64,000 nt of DNA from Eledone cirrhosa. Its lineage: Eukaryota. The notes beneath the pieces were generated by a model. That model did no database searches. It had not been told where the DNA came from and saw only the letters and a list, made by a program, of their open reading frames with translations. The stretch lies in NCBI GenBank assembly GCA_964016885.1, contig OZ024741.1, forward strand, positions 411,308,001 to 411,372,000. The letters are read 5' to 3'. Shown one piece after another: positions 24,036-37,103 of this stretch. The first letter of the stretch is position 1. The number at the start of each line of letters is the position of its first letter. Made by a program: the position numbers and the translations under genes.

Positions 24036-27000
24036 CTATAGTCTGATGTAGAGTGAAGGCCCATTCACACGGGCCATTCTCGCCACTTTCACCCATCTTT
24101 CATAGAAACGGCTGGGGTGCAGCACCTCTCTCTCCATCCTGATCCTTCTTCCGAAATGATATCGGAAGAAACGGACCAGTTGTTGGCCAGAGAGAAAGGT
24201 GTCTGACCTCAGTCCTTTCAGACGCGTCCACCATACAACCTCTTTTGCCATGGCTATTACGCACAGAAACACCGCCTCTCCTTCGTTTTTGAAGAGGGGA
24301 GGCAGCTTGATCGTTACAATAGACTCGGTGGTCAACCGGATTGGTCCCACCCTTGACAGCAGTTGTTCGACATAACCCCACAGATCGGCAATGCCCGAGC
24401 AGTGTACCAATGCGTGTGCAACGGTTTCCTCGTCGCACACGCATCTGGGACAGATCTTTTTCGATGGGTCCCTACCCGGGCGCCCGTGTCTGTAGAGCCT
24501 TTCTCGAACGGGCAGAGCCCTTCTGTAGCATTGCCAGGCCAGGGACCTCTGGAAGTTATCCATGGGTCCCGGGCTGAATGTCCTACCGAACAGGTTGGCC
24601 AGTTCGTCTTCCTCCATGCCTAGGGCTTCTCCGAGGGCGTCGTCGCACCTGCTAACCACCAGCCCTCTATAGAATGACGAGGTAGATTCTCCACTGACAG
24701 CTGGGTCCGCCTGCCAGAGAGCCGTGAGTGCCTGGGCACACTCGGTGTGCCAGGCGCCCAGTTTTCTCGGTCTTTGCTTGACCCAGGATTGCAGCTCGGT
24801 GAGTGAGACGAGTCTGGGAAAGGCTCGCCTCACAAACGGGGCCCACACCGGTTGACCGGAGAGGAATACCTGAAGGTGCCGTAGCCTTAATGCGTGTTTA
24901 CGTATCGTTAGCCACGGCATCCCCAGCCCTCCTTTCAAAGGGTGTTGACAGCAGATGGATCTCCTCACCATAGGAGCCCGCTTCTTCCAAAGGAATTGGA
25001 AGAGTGCGCGCTCCATTTTGGCGAGCGTTTCCCTTGGGCAAGGCACAACGGTCAGGCGGTAGTAGATGACGGACGCTATATAAGTGTTCGCCACCTCCGC
25101 CCGTCCTTTCAGGGACAGTTTGCACTCGGCCCACTTCTGGGTCAGTGCAAACACCCTGTTCGTCACCTCACCCCAGTTCTTCTCCACCTGGAGGTCTCGT
25201 CCGAACCAGACCCCGAGCAACTTCACCGGGCCCTCCGTCCAGCGCCCGACGACGCCATCGGAGGGCATCAATCTGCCCCTCCACGTGCCGAGTTGCAGAC
25301 CGATCGACTTGTCCCGGTTCAGCTTAGCCCCTGTAAACCTTTCGTACTCCTCCAGTAAGGTGCCGATCGCCCTGATTTCCGAGGCCGTCGACACCATTAC
25401 TGTTACGTCATCGGCGTAGGCTGACACCGCTTTCCGCAATCCCGGTTCCAACGGGATGCCCTGCAACAACTCCAACTTCCGCAGCAGTGGCTCTAGAGTC
25501 ACTACATACAGAAGGGAGGAGAGAGGGCACCCCTGTCGGATGGACCGCGCGATTTCGAACGGCTCCGAGAGGTAGCCGTTCACCTTGACCCTAGAGCAGA
25601 TGCGGCTGCTGTGCATGGCATTGATCCAGCCCCTGAAAACGGGTCCGAAGCCTGCCGCCGCTAGCACCGCATCCAGGTAACCATGGTCGACCCTATCGAA
25701 TGCCTTAGATTGATCCAAGTTGATCAGGGCCCCACCAAATCCGGGTTCGTTCCCAACCCTCTCTATGATGTATCGCATGAGGTGGAGGTTATTGTGGATG
25801 GACCTGGACGGGATAGCACATGTCTGCGCATCTCCCACCAGGTTGCCCACGACAAGCGCCAACCTCTTTGCTAGCACCTTGGCCAAAATCTGTAACTCTG
25901 TATTTAGCAGAGTTATGGGCCTGAAATTATTTATATCGTCCCCCTTGTTCTCGTCCTTCCTCACTAGCGTGACTACGCCCTTGGTCACAGCACAGGGAAT
26001 TCTCCCGTTCTGTCGCCAGTTGCAGTAGACCGCCTTGAGGAGTTTGGGGAACAAGTCCGGCATAGCTAGATATAGTTCGTATGGAAGACCATAGAGACCC
26101 GGGGATTTGCGTTTGCCGCATTGGCTCAGCACGTCCTCTATCTCAGCGACTGAAATTGGCTCCTCGCAGGACTTCGCCTCCCTGTCCGAGAGACGCGGCA
26201 GGCCGTCGAGGTATGGACCGAAGTCCACGTCCCCAACCGGCCTCCCGCCCCTTCCGAACAATCCGGCAAAGTGCTTTTGAAAAGCCTCGCACATCTGCTT
26301 AGGCTCAAGGATCACCCGTCCATCCTGGTCTCGCAAAGACCGGATAGTGGATCTGCTCCTTCTTTTGGCTTCTGTCACGCGGGCCCAGCTAACAGCTTTG
26401 GTCCCCTCGTTTCCCAGAGCACGTATTTTGCTTCGGACGATGCAGCCTTCGTGTTTCGCGTCGAAGAACTGGCCCAGGGCCGTTCTCGACGCTAACACTC
26501 TGGCCACGTCGCCGCTTCTACACTATCTACCAACTCCCTTTCCTTCCTATTTCTATTTGAGGCTAACTCCTTACTAAATTCTATAGAGACTACTCTAATC
26601 TCTCTTTTGAGAGATCCCCACCACCTGCTGTTGACGATGGCGCCCGTCAACCGCTCCTTAACTAAAGTGCTAATCCGGTTCCTGTAAGCCTTACTTGCCG
26701 GTAAGGACAAGTTGAGCTTCCAGTAACCGGGTCCCTGTCTATGAGTTCTGTCAAGGTTGACCATGCAGGTCACTAATTTGTGGTCTGAATAGCCAATCAT
26801 GCGCATTTTTGGACAACTTAAAAAGTCCTTATCCTTAATTCTAACTAAGAACCTATCTAGGTACGACCTAGATGATCCGCTACGATTTGCCCAAGTCCAG
26901 GTTGGCGCAGTCGGAAAATCTCGTCGATATCTATTGGCCAGGTCAAATCGACCGATTAACCCTTTGAGGCTATTACACCCCTCTCTATCGGGGCAGGCCC

Positions 27001-27459
27001 CTACATAGTCCCAGCTTGCATCTAGGATACCATTCCAGTCCCCACTAATAGCAAGGAGCGGGACGTCCCTAGAAAAGTCTCCAGACGATGGAAGAAGTCC
27101 GGCCGCATTGACCCAAAAGGGCCGTAGGCGGCTACCAACCTAAACGCTCCGCCTTTACCACTGCCAAGGTCCAGAACCACTAGTCGACCCTCCGGGTCCA
27201 AATTTACCATCTGTGTTGCGAGACCCAGATGTTTTTGCAGCAGAACGACAACTCCACCCCCACCTCCGGGCTGACAGAGAGATGCGTGCATCTCAAAGTC
27301 ATCAAAGGCGGGGGCCAGCTGTCGCACGTTGCTGATCCGGGCCGCGCAAATAACCATCACATCTATACGTTGTGACCTGAGGTCATTTAGAAGCATTGCT
27401 TCCTTCCAAGTTGAGCCCAGGCCACGCGCATTTAAACAGCCTACTCTTAGCATAGCCAT
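24036..27459 (-). pseudogene. Tx1 ORF2 (APE endonuclease, reverse transcriptase, Zn finger), broken by frameshifts in the APE/linker region
   Basis: GCLNARGL, YSDHK, GPGYWKLN, FRPITLLN, LDQSKAFDRVDH, RQGCPLS, AYADD, GGLG, CPRC...ETVAHALVHC. Confidence 0.93.
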
Positions 27460-27483
27460 GTTGGTGGTGAAGAGAAAAGGCAC

Positions 27484-29272
27484 TTACCTCTCTGCGTCCC
27501 GGGTATCAGGCTGCACAATTTCCATTAGGGTGGGGGATGGGTTGTTGGGTGGGGTGGTGGTTTGTGGAAGTGTAGGGGCATCAGTGTGTTGTGTGGTTGG
27601 GGAGCTTGGAGTTGTGTGGGTGTTTGGGGAGGGGGTGGGGTAGTTTTTTAGGAGGACGCGGTTAATGGGCCCGACGCAGGGGGGACCCACGTCCTCTTTA
27701 AAATTGTTTTTTAAAGTTTTATAGGTGTCCTGTGGGGCCTTAATCATTTTGAGGTGGGGGAAATCCCCTGCCTGGGTGAAGTTAGGCCCTTGTGTTTTTA
27801 TTAGATTGTTGTTGTACACAATGTTTAACAGTTTTTTGTTTCTTGTGTTTATGTATGTGTATGCATGTTTTTGTTTTTGTGTGGTGTTTTTTGTTTGCTG
27901 TTGTTGTGAGCTCTTTTGTGTTGGTGTCAGTGTTATGTTTTGGGGAGGGGTTGTTTTCATTTGTGTGTCTGAGGTGTGTTTTCTTTTTTTTCTTTTGATT
28001 GTGTGGAAGTGCTCCTCCTCGTCTGACGACGAACTAGGGTCATCTTCCGCGTTGGAGGGGAGGGGTATATTTTCGGGTTGTGTTTGCGGTGCGGGTGTTT
28101 TGGAAATTGTTTTTGTTTTTTGAGTGGAGGGGATGGGTTGGACATTGTTTTGTTTTGGTTTGAGCTGTGGTGGTTGTTTTTGTAGTGGTTGTTGTGGTGA
28201 TTGTGTTGGTTGTGCAGTTGTTGGTGGTGTAGGCAGGATTGGGGTTTTCTTATTAAGTTGGGGACAGACAGCCCTCAGGTGACCTCTGGTTCCACAGAGG
28301 TAACACGAGGGCCGTCTACCCTCAACGGTAATGTTGATGAAGGATAGATCATCCAGTATGACGCGTTCAGGGATCTGGGCGATCCTTTCGGGCCTCATTT
28401 GAACTACAAGTTCGAGGCTCGTTCCACTGAACGCGTCACCCGATGCCTTTCCCATGGACACCAGCATGTCATCCTCCAGGTCCAGGAAACCTGTCAAAAC
28501 CCACCATATGTCCATAATCGGCAGGATGGTGTGGGTTTTTATTTTTTGTGTTCTTCTACCCATGTACGTAGGGTAGAAGGTGTATGCGGTGGATGTGATT
28601 GGTTTGATGGACAGTTTCACTGCTGTGTCCCTGTCCTTCATGAGAATGGATAGACTCCCGTAGAGTCTATCCTTCTGAATGAAGGTGATGTCCTTCATGA
28701 CGTCTTTTAAAACCAGCCCTATCTCACTCTGTGATGGTTGAGCTGGCTTTTTACTTTTGTTCGAGATTGTCCTAAACATGACCGTGTTTAGGAGTCTCTG
28801 GCTTTTTAGTTCCGGGGGCGGAATGGATTGTGAATGAACCATTTTCTCCGTACACTATATATTTTTTTTTCGCATCTGCCAGTAGCTCCTTCGCTTTGGT
28901 TATATCTACTGGCAGATAGTCGAGGGTTTTCCTTGTCGTCTCGGCGAAGGAGAAATTTTGTTTGTTTGTGTTGTTGTTGTCGTTGGTGGTGTTGTTGTTA
29001 TCATTGTTGTTGTTGTCACCGTTATTGGTCTTGTTATTGTTATTGGTGTTGTTTTCGTCCGTCGCATTGTTGTTGTTGTTGCTGTTGCTGGTGCCGCTGG
29101 TTCTTTGGGTTGTTGCCATGGCAACGTCAAGTTGTCGGTTAACAGGTGGAGAGAATTCTTCCTCTGGCTGACCTTTCTTCTTGACCTCTGCTACTGTGAC
29201 AGTGGCAGGGGGAAGCTGTAAGTTTATCTTCCCCTTTCCTCCTTCGAATTTTGGTGAAGAAGCTTCGGCCAT
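27484..29272 (-). pseudogene. Tx1 ORF1 (gag-like, CYLCGTRGHLRAVC zinc knuckle); one frameshift near the poly-A run at about 28860
   Basis: ORFs 28772-29272 and 27484-28842 join to match copy 3 ORF1 (GENGSFTIHS versus GENGAFSINS). Confidence 0.88.
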
Positions 29273-29424
29273 TTAAAAAAAATATTGACTTTTCAACAAG
29301 AAAAAACTTTTTTTTTTGGTTTAACTATTTCCCCTAAAGGCGTAGAATATTTTGAGAGACTGACCAGATCAAAGTTTGACCTGGCAGTCCCTCTACAAAA
29401 TGGAACAAAAATTAAGATAGATAG

Positions 29425-30610
29425 ATTTCTTTTATTTGCCACTAGGGCATCAAAAGTGGGACAAGTACAAAGGGGGGAGTTTACACAAAAAGGCGTCCTC
29501 AATAAGGAGGAGGCAATAACAAAATATAAAAATAAAATAAGATATCACAAAAAATAAAATTTTTAACAAAATCCTCAATAGAGAGGAGGCGCCTTGGGGG
29601 GTCGCACACACCCCCGAAAAAAGTGTGCAACCCTTCTCCTCAGGAGCACAGAGAAGGGGTGCTCCCTTGGTCTTTCATCTTCCTCACCTATAGTCTGATG
29701 TAGAGTGAAGGCCCATTCACACGGGCCATTCTCGCCACTTTCACCCATCTTTCATAGAAACGGCTGGGGTGCAGCACCTCTCTCTCCATCCTGATCCTTC
29801 TTCCGAAATGATATCGGAAGAAACGGACCAGTTGTTGGCCAGAGAGAAAGGTGCCTGACCTCAGTCCTTTCAGACGCGTCCACCATACAACCTCTTTCGC
29901 CATGGCTATTACGCACAGAAACACCGCCTCTGCTTCATCTTTGAAGGGGGGAGGCGGCTTGATCATTACAATAGACTCGGTGGTCAACCGGATCGGTCCC
30001 ACCCTTGACAGCAGTTGTTCGACATAGCCCCACAGATCGGCTGCGCCCGAGCAGTGTACCAATGCGTGTGCAACGGTTTCCTCGTCGCACACGCATCTGG
30101 GACAGATCTTTTTGGCGGGGTCCCTACCCGGGCGCCCGTGTCTGTAGAGCCTTTCTCGAACGGGTAAAGCCCCTCGGTAGCACTGCCAGGCCAGGGACTT
30201 CTGGAAGTTGTCCATAGGTCCCGGGCTGAATGTCCTACCGAACAGGCTGGCCAGTTCGTCCTCCTCCATGTCTAGGGCTTCTCCGAGGGCGTCGTCGCAC
30301 CTGCTGCGTACCAGCCCTCTATAGAATGTTGCGGTGGAGTCTCCACTGATAACCGGATCCGCCTGCCAGAGGGCGGTGAGCGCCTGGGCACACTCAGTGT
30401 GCCAGGCGCCCAGTTTTCTCGGTCTTTGCTTGACCCAGGATTGCAGCTCGGTGAGTGAGACGAGTCTGGGAAAGGTTCATCTCACAAACGAGGCCCACAC
30501 CGGTTGTCCGGTGAGGAATACGTAGAGGTGCCGTAGCCTTAATGCGTGTTTACGCATCATTAGCCACGGCATCCCCAGCCCTCCTTTCGAAGGGTGTTGA
30601 CAGCAGATGG
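29425..30610 (-). mobile_element. 5'-truncated Tx1 copy 2 with a target-site duplication
   Basis: Close match to the copy 1 3' end; TSD ATTAAGATAGATAG at 29411-29424 and 30611-30624. Confidence 0.92.
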
Positions 30611-30654
30611 ATTAAGATAGATAGAGAGATAGATATATTCAAAATAAACAAACA

Positions 30655-30900
30655 CCTCCAACAACAGCACACCACCACCACCAGCACGCACTACACCACC
30701 ACCACCACCACACTACTACCACCACCACCCTCTACACCACAATTGCCACTACCACTACCCACTACACCACCACTACCGCCACCACCACCACACTACTACC
30801 AACACCACCCACTACACCACCACCACTACCACCACCACCACCACAACCTTCACACTACTACCAACACCACCTCCACCAACCCCACCACCCTCTACACCAC
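30655..30900. repeat. Degenerate (CAC/CTA)n microsatellite
   Basis: Direct reading. Confidence 0.85.
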
Positions 30901-31054
30901 ATATTTTAGACTCCTGTCAATAATTCAACACAAGCACGCTACCAAAATAAAGATCTCCCCCACACCCCAGGGGTTCAAAAGGTTGGGGAGGGGATGCAGA
31001 ACGTTGTCGTTATTTACAGAAGATGATAACATTTGTTGTTTCAAAGTAAAAATA

Positions 31055-31361
31055 TTGTAGTGGGATATAGAGAGGGAGAGAGAATTTAGTGTTCTAATGA
31101 GAGAGGGGTAATTGTTAGAGAGAGTGGGGTATGTAGTGGGATGTAGAGAGTGAGAGAGAATTTGTTGGTCTAGTGAGGGAGCGAGTATTGTGAGTGAGAG
31201 AGAATGAGATATGTAGTGGAATATAGTGAGGGGGAGAATTTCTTGGTCTAATGAGAGAGTGGGAAGTAAGAGAGGGAAAGAGAGTGAGGTATCTAGTGGA
31301 ATATAGAGAGGGGCAGAGAATTTGGTGGTCTAATGAGAGAGGGGGAATTGTGAGAGAGAGT
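31055..31361. repeat. GA-rich degenerate tandem repeat of about 70 bp (left part, interrupted by Tx1 copy 3)
   Basis: Recurring GAGAATTTGTTGGTCTAGTGAGAGAGGGGAATTGTGAGAG...GGTATGTAGTGG motif. Confidence 0.8.
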
Positions 31362-34300
31362 AATTTCTATTTATTTGCCACCAGGGCATCAAAGATTGGG
31401 ACAAATACAAAGGGGAAGTTTACATACATTTAAAAAGACGTGTAAAAAAACATATAACAAATTAAATTTAACAATCGATGTCCTCAATAGGGAGGGGCGT
31501 TGACATGGGTCGCACACTCCCCCGAAAAAATGTGCAACCCTCCTCTTCAGGAGCACAAAGAGCAGGTGCTCCCTTCCTCTTCTCATTCTTCTCCTCTCTC
31601 ACCTACAGGCTGATATAGAGAGAAGGACCATTCACTCAGGCCATTCTCGCTACTTTCACCCATCTTTCATAAAACTTGCTGGCGTAGAGCACCTCTCTCT
31701 CCATTCTGATCCGTCTTCTAAAGTGGTACTTGAAAAAAAGGACCAGATTGTTGGCCGGAGAGAAAGGTGTCTGACCTCATCCCTTTCAACCTTGTCCACC
31801 ATACAACCTCTTTCGCCATAGCTATCACACAGAGGAAAACCGCCTCTCCTTCGTTTTTTGAAAGGGAGAGGAGGTTTGATCGTGACAATGTTCTCGGTGG
31901 TCAACCGGATTGGTCCCACCCGCGACAGTAGTCGTTCCACATAGCCCCACAGGTCAGCAACGCCCGGGCAGTGTACGAATGCGTGTGCGACGGTTTCCTC
32001 GTCACGCACGCATCTCGGACAGATCTTCTTCGAGGGGTCCCTACCCGGGCGCCCGTGTCTGTAGAGCTTTCCCTAACGGGTAGAGCTCCTCGGTAACATT
32101 GCCAAGCCAGGGACTTTTGGAAGTTGTCCATCGGTCCCGGGCCAAACGTCCTACCGAACAGACTGGCCAGCTCATCTTCCTCCATGCCCAGAGCCTCTCC
32201 GAGAGCGTCGTCGCACTTACTGCGTACCAACCCTGTATAGAATGTTGAGGTTGAGTCTCCACTGATTGCCGGATCCGCTTGGCAGAGGGCCGTGAGCGCC
32301 TGGGCACATTCAATGTGCCAGTCGCCCACTTTTCTCGGTCTTTGCTTGACCCAGGATTGCAGCTCGGTGAGTGAGACGAGTCTCGGAAAGGCTCACCTCA
32401 CAAACAGGGCCCACACCGGCTGACCGGTGAGGAATACCTGGAGGTGCCGTAGCCTTAATGCGTGTCTACGCATCGTCAGCCACGGCATCCCCAGCCCTCC
32501 GTTCGAAGGGTGTTGACAGCAGATGGATCTTCTCACCAAAGGAGCCCGCTTCTTCCAAAGAAATCGGAAGTGCGCGCGCCCCATTTTGACGAGTGTTTTC
32601 TCTGGGCAAGGCACGACGGTCAAGCGGTAGTAGATGACGGACGCTATATAAGCGTTCGCCACCCCCGCTCGACATTTCAGGGATAGTTTGCACTCGGCCC
32701 ACTTCTGGGCGAGTGCAAACACCTTGCCCGTTACCTCGTCCCAGTTCTTCTCCACCTGGAGGTCCGGTCCGAACCAAACCCCGAGCAGCTTCACCGGTCC
32801 CTCCGTCCAGCGTCTGATGATGCCGTCGGAGGGCATCGGTTTGCCCCTCCACGTCCCGAGTTGCAAACCGACGGACTTGTCCCGGTTCAGCTTGGCTCCT
32901 GTGAACCTTTCATATTCCTCCAGTAAGGTGCCGATCTGCCCGATTTCCGAGGCGCACGACACCATTACTGTCACGTCATCGGCGTAGGCCGACACCGCTT
33001 TCCGCAATCCCGGTTCCAAAGGGATGCCCTGCAACAGCTCCAGCTTCCGCAGTAGTGGCTCGAGAGCCAGCACATACAGAAGGGAGGAGAGAGGGCATCT
33101 CTGTCGGATGGATCGCGTGATTTGGAACGGCTCCGAGAGGTAGCCGTTCACCTTGACCCTCGAGCAGGTGTTGCTGCTGTGCATTGCAGCAATCCAATCC
33201 CTGAAAGCGGGTCCGAAGCCTGCCGCCGCGAGCACCGCATCCAGGTACCGATGGTCGACCCTATCGAACGCCTTAGATTGATCCAAGTTGATCAGGGCCC
33301 CACCAAAGCCGGGTTCGTTCCCTACCCTCTCTACGATGTATCGCATGAGGTGGAGGTTGTCGTGAATGGACTTGGACGGGATTGCGCATGTCTGCGCTTC
33401 TCCCACCAGGTTCCCGACGACAAGCGCCAACCTCTTCGCTAACACCTTGGACAAAATCTTTAACTCTGTGTTTAGCAGAGTTATGGGCCTGAAGTTATCT
33501 ATGTCATCGCCTTGTTCTCGTCCTTCCTCACCAGCGTGACTAGGCCCTTGGTCACAGAACTGGGAATTCTCCCGTTCTGTTGCCAGTTGCAGTAGACCGC
33601 CTCGAGGAGACCGGAGAACAAGCCCGGCCACGCTACATAAAGTTCGTATGGTAGACCATCGAGACCCTGAGATTTGCGTTTGCCGCATTGGCTCAGCGCT
33701 TCCCCTATTTCAGCGGCTGAAATCGGCCTCTCGCAGGACTTCGCCTCCCCGTCCGAGATCCGCGCCAGACCGTCGAGGTATGGCCGAAATCCATGGCCCC
33801 ACCCGGCCCGCCGCCCCTCCCGAACAGTCGTGCAAAGCGCCGTTGAAAGGCCGCGCTCATCCGCTCAGGTTCAAGGATCACGCGTCCATCCTGGTCCTTC
33901 AAAGACCGAATCGTGGACTTGTTTCCACTTTTTGCCTCTGTCACTAGGGCCCAGCTAACAGCTTTGGCTCCCTCGTTACCCAGAGCATGTATTTTTCTCC
34001 TGACAACGCAGCCCTCGTGCTTCGCATCAAAGAACTGGTCTAGGGCCGTTCTTGACGCCAGCACGCCGGCCACGTTGCCACTCCTAATCGCCTCTTCTAC
34101 TCTATCTATTAATTCTCTTTCAGTTCTATTCCTATCTGATGCTAATTCCTGACTAAAACCTATCGATTCTATTCTAATATCTCTCTTGAGAGAGCCCCAC
34201 CACCTGCTGTTGACAATTGCCCCCATCAACCGCTGCTTAACTAGTGTGTTAATCCGCTTACTGTAAGTTTTGTTTGTCGGTAAAGACAAGTTTAGCTTCC

Positions 34301-35818
34301 AGTAACCGGGTCCCTGTCTATGAGTTCTATCAAGGTTGACCACTCCGGTCACCAACTTGTGATCCGAATAGTCAACCATGAACATTCGTGGACAGCTTAA
34401 TATGTCCCTATCCTTATTTCTAACTAGGAACCTATCTCGGTACGACCTAGATGTTCCGCTAAGATTAGTCCACGTCCACAGTGGCACAGTCGGAAAATCT
34501 AGTCGATATCTATCGGCCAGATCAAATCGGCTGATTAATCGTTTTAGGCTGTTACACCCCCCTCTATCGGGACATGCCCCTACATAGTCGCAACGTGCAT
34601 CCAGGATACCATTCCAGTCCCCCACTAAAAGCAAGGAGCGAGACGTTCCCAGGAAATTCTCCAGGCGTCGGAAGAAGTCCGGTCTCGGTGTCCCAGATGG
34701 GCATACGCTGCCACCAGCCTGAAAGCTCCACCTTCACTACTGCCGACGTCTAAAACTACCAGTCGACCCTCCGAGTCCAGGTCTACCTTCTGTGTGGCAA
34801 GACCCAGGTATTTTCGCAGCAGAACGACAACCCCACCCCTACCCTCGGCTGACAGAGAGATGCGTAGATCTCAAAGTCGTTGAAGATGGGGGCCAGTTGG
34901 CGCTCGCTGCTGATCCTGGACTCGCAAATAACCATTACATCCACTCTGTGCGACCTGAGGTCATTTAAGAGTTGACTCTGTTTCCAGGACATCCCCAGGC
35001 CGCGTGTATTCACACATCCAACTCTTATATTGGTCATGTTGGTGCTGAAGTGTTAAAAGGAAGAGGAAAGGAAATTACTTACCTCTTCGTCTCCTGGGGA
35101 CCAGGCTGCACAATTTCCATGGGGATGTTGGAAGGGTTGTTTGGTGGGGTGGTGGTTTGTGGTGGGGTGAGGACATCAGTGTGTGGTGGGATTAGGGTGT
35201 TTAGTGGGGTGTGGGTGTCTGGTGTGGGGTGGGAAAACATCTCAATAGGACGCTGTTAAGTGGTTTGGTGCAGGTGGTCCCCACATGCATTGGATGGTTC
35301 TTTTTCAAAGTTACATAGGTTTCCGTTGGGACCCTAATCATCATTAGGTGCGGTTTGTTCGCTGCGTAGGTGAAAGTGATCCTTCGGTTTCCACCGAAGG
35401 GTTATTGTCTATTGCTTTCATCAAAGTTTTATTGTTCTTGTTAATGTATGTATAGAGTTTTATTGTGTTGTGTTTGTTTTTGTTTTTGTTTGTTGTTCTT
35501 GTGCGTGTTTGCGTTTTGTAGTATGTGTTGTTTTCGGGAGGGGTGGGTTTTTTTGTTTGTGATGTTTGTTCTGTTTGTGCTGGTGGTTGTGTGTTTGTTG
35601 CATTTTTGTTAATGTGGTGCCTTTTTTTTTTGCCTATTCACCTGTTGAAAGGGTTCTCCCTCGTCGTCACTGGGTGACGTTGATACGGAGTCCTCTTCCG
35701 TGTTGTTGGAGAGGGGTATATTTTGGGGTTTTGTTGTGGTTGCTTTTGTATTTGTTTTAGGTGAGGAGGGGTTGGGTGGAACAGTGTCTTGTGTTGTTAT
35801 TTTTCCGTGTTGTTGTGG

Positions 35819-35876
<58 letters not shown>

Positions 35877-37100
35877 GTTGTTGTGTTCGGGGTTGGCAGA
35901 AGAGCCTTTTTTTTACTCGTTAATGAGGACAGGCAGCCCTCAGGTGACCCCTGCTTAAGCAGTGGTAACATGACGGCCGCCTTCCCTCCACTGAAATGTT
36001 TATATAAGTTAGCCCGTCCAGAGGCACGCGTTGTGGGATATTCGCTATTCGTTCTGGGCTCATTTGCACCAGAACTTCTACGCTGGTCCCACCAAATACA
36101 CCTCCGAAGGCCTTTCCTACTGAAATTATCCTGTCTTCATCAAAGTCAATGAATCCACATAGTATCCACCAAATATTTACATTTGGTGTGATACTCATAA
36201 TTTTTATTCTTTGTGTCCTTTTCCCCCTGTATGTGGGGAAAAAGGTGAAGCTGGGGGACACAATGGGTGATACAGAGTATTTTTGTGCTGTTGGCTGGTT
36301 ATTCATTAGCACCGAAATGCTACCAAACAGTTTTCCTTTTTGGATGAAGGTTATGTCCTTCATTGCATTTTTTAGTACCAGCCCATTTTCATTTTGTGAT
36401 AATTGAGCTGGTTTTCTTGTTTCATTCGATATTGTCCTGAAAACTGTGGTTTTCAGGACAGCCTCTCTACGTAATACCTGTGGAGAATTGATGCTAAAAG
36501 CACCGTTTTCGCCAAAAGTCACGAATTGTTTTGCGTCTTGTAGTAGTTGTTTAGCATTTGTTATGTCAATTGGCGTGTATAGTTCGTTTTTTTTTTACAG
36601 TCTGTGCGAACGTTGTTTTGGTGTTGTTGTCTTTTTTGTTGCTGTTGTTGTTGTCACTGTTGGTGATATTGTTCATGTTTTCCTTGGTGTTGTTATTGTT
36701 GCAGTTGTTGGTTGTGGTGTTATTGTCATTGTTCTTGTTGTTGGTGCTGGTATTATTTACCCGGTTTGGTTCCGTGGTTTCAATATTTTCAACGTTTTCC
36801 GATAATGCGTGGGGGGAAGGCTGCAAGCTTTGTACTCCTACCTTCCCTCCACCACTTTTCTTAGTGAACGTGATACTCACGACAGTGTGCGAGGTTGAAA
36901 TGGCATCCATTGTTGACTACCAAGTCTACACAGTTTTGAGATGAAAATGAAAATTTCGCCCCAGAAAGGGGCGAAAATTAGTTGACTCAACGTCTGAAGG
37001 CCCAGGCAAGGGGTTAAACTAAACAATGTTAACAAATTGAACAATGAACTCACAGTTTTTTTTTAACAATAATCCGTAAAAATCCGGAGCGAAGTAATAC
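31362..37100 (-). mobile_element. Tx1 copy 3, a divergent subfamily, near full length, with many frameshifts
   Basis: ORF1 fragments 36910-35079 (CYHCLSRGHLRAAC); ORF2 fragments 35037-31603 (GCVNTRGL, GDWNG, YADD); same 3' UTR as copies 1 and 2. Confidence 0.92.
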
Positions 37101-37103
37101 ATG

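Larger units (their letters stand above)
23781..29410 (-). mobile_element. Tx1/L1-clade non-LTR retrotransposon, apparently full length, frameshifted (copy 1)
   Basis: ORF1 with a CCHC knuckle; ORF2 with APE, RT (YADD) and a C-terminal CxxC..H...C motif; 3' end AATAAAAGAAA without poly(A). Confidence 0.93.

Noticed and set aside
29403-29412. Sm-site-like AATTTTTG next to a hairpin (snRNA or SL RNA target)
   Set aside because: No recognisable snRNA sequence nearby; the motif is common in AT-rich DNA
24100-36944. Many plus-strand and alternate-frame ORFs over the Tx1 elements
   Set aside because: Antisense or out-of-frame shadows of GC-rich LINE coding sequence and (GTT)n repeats
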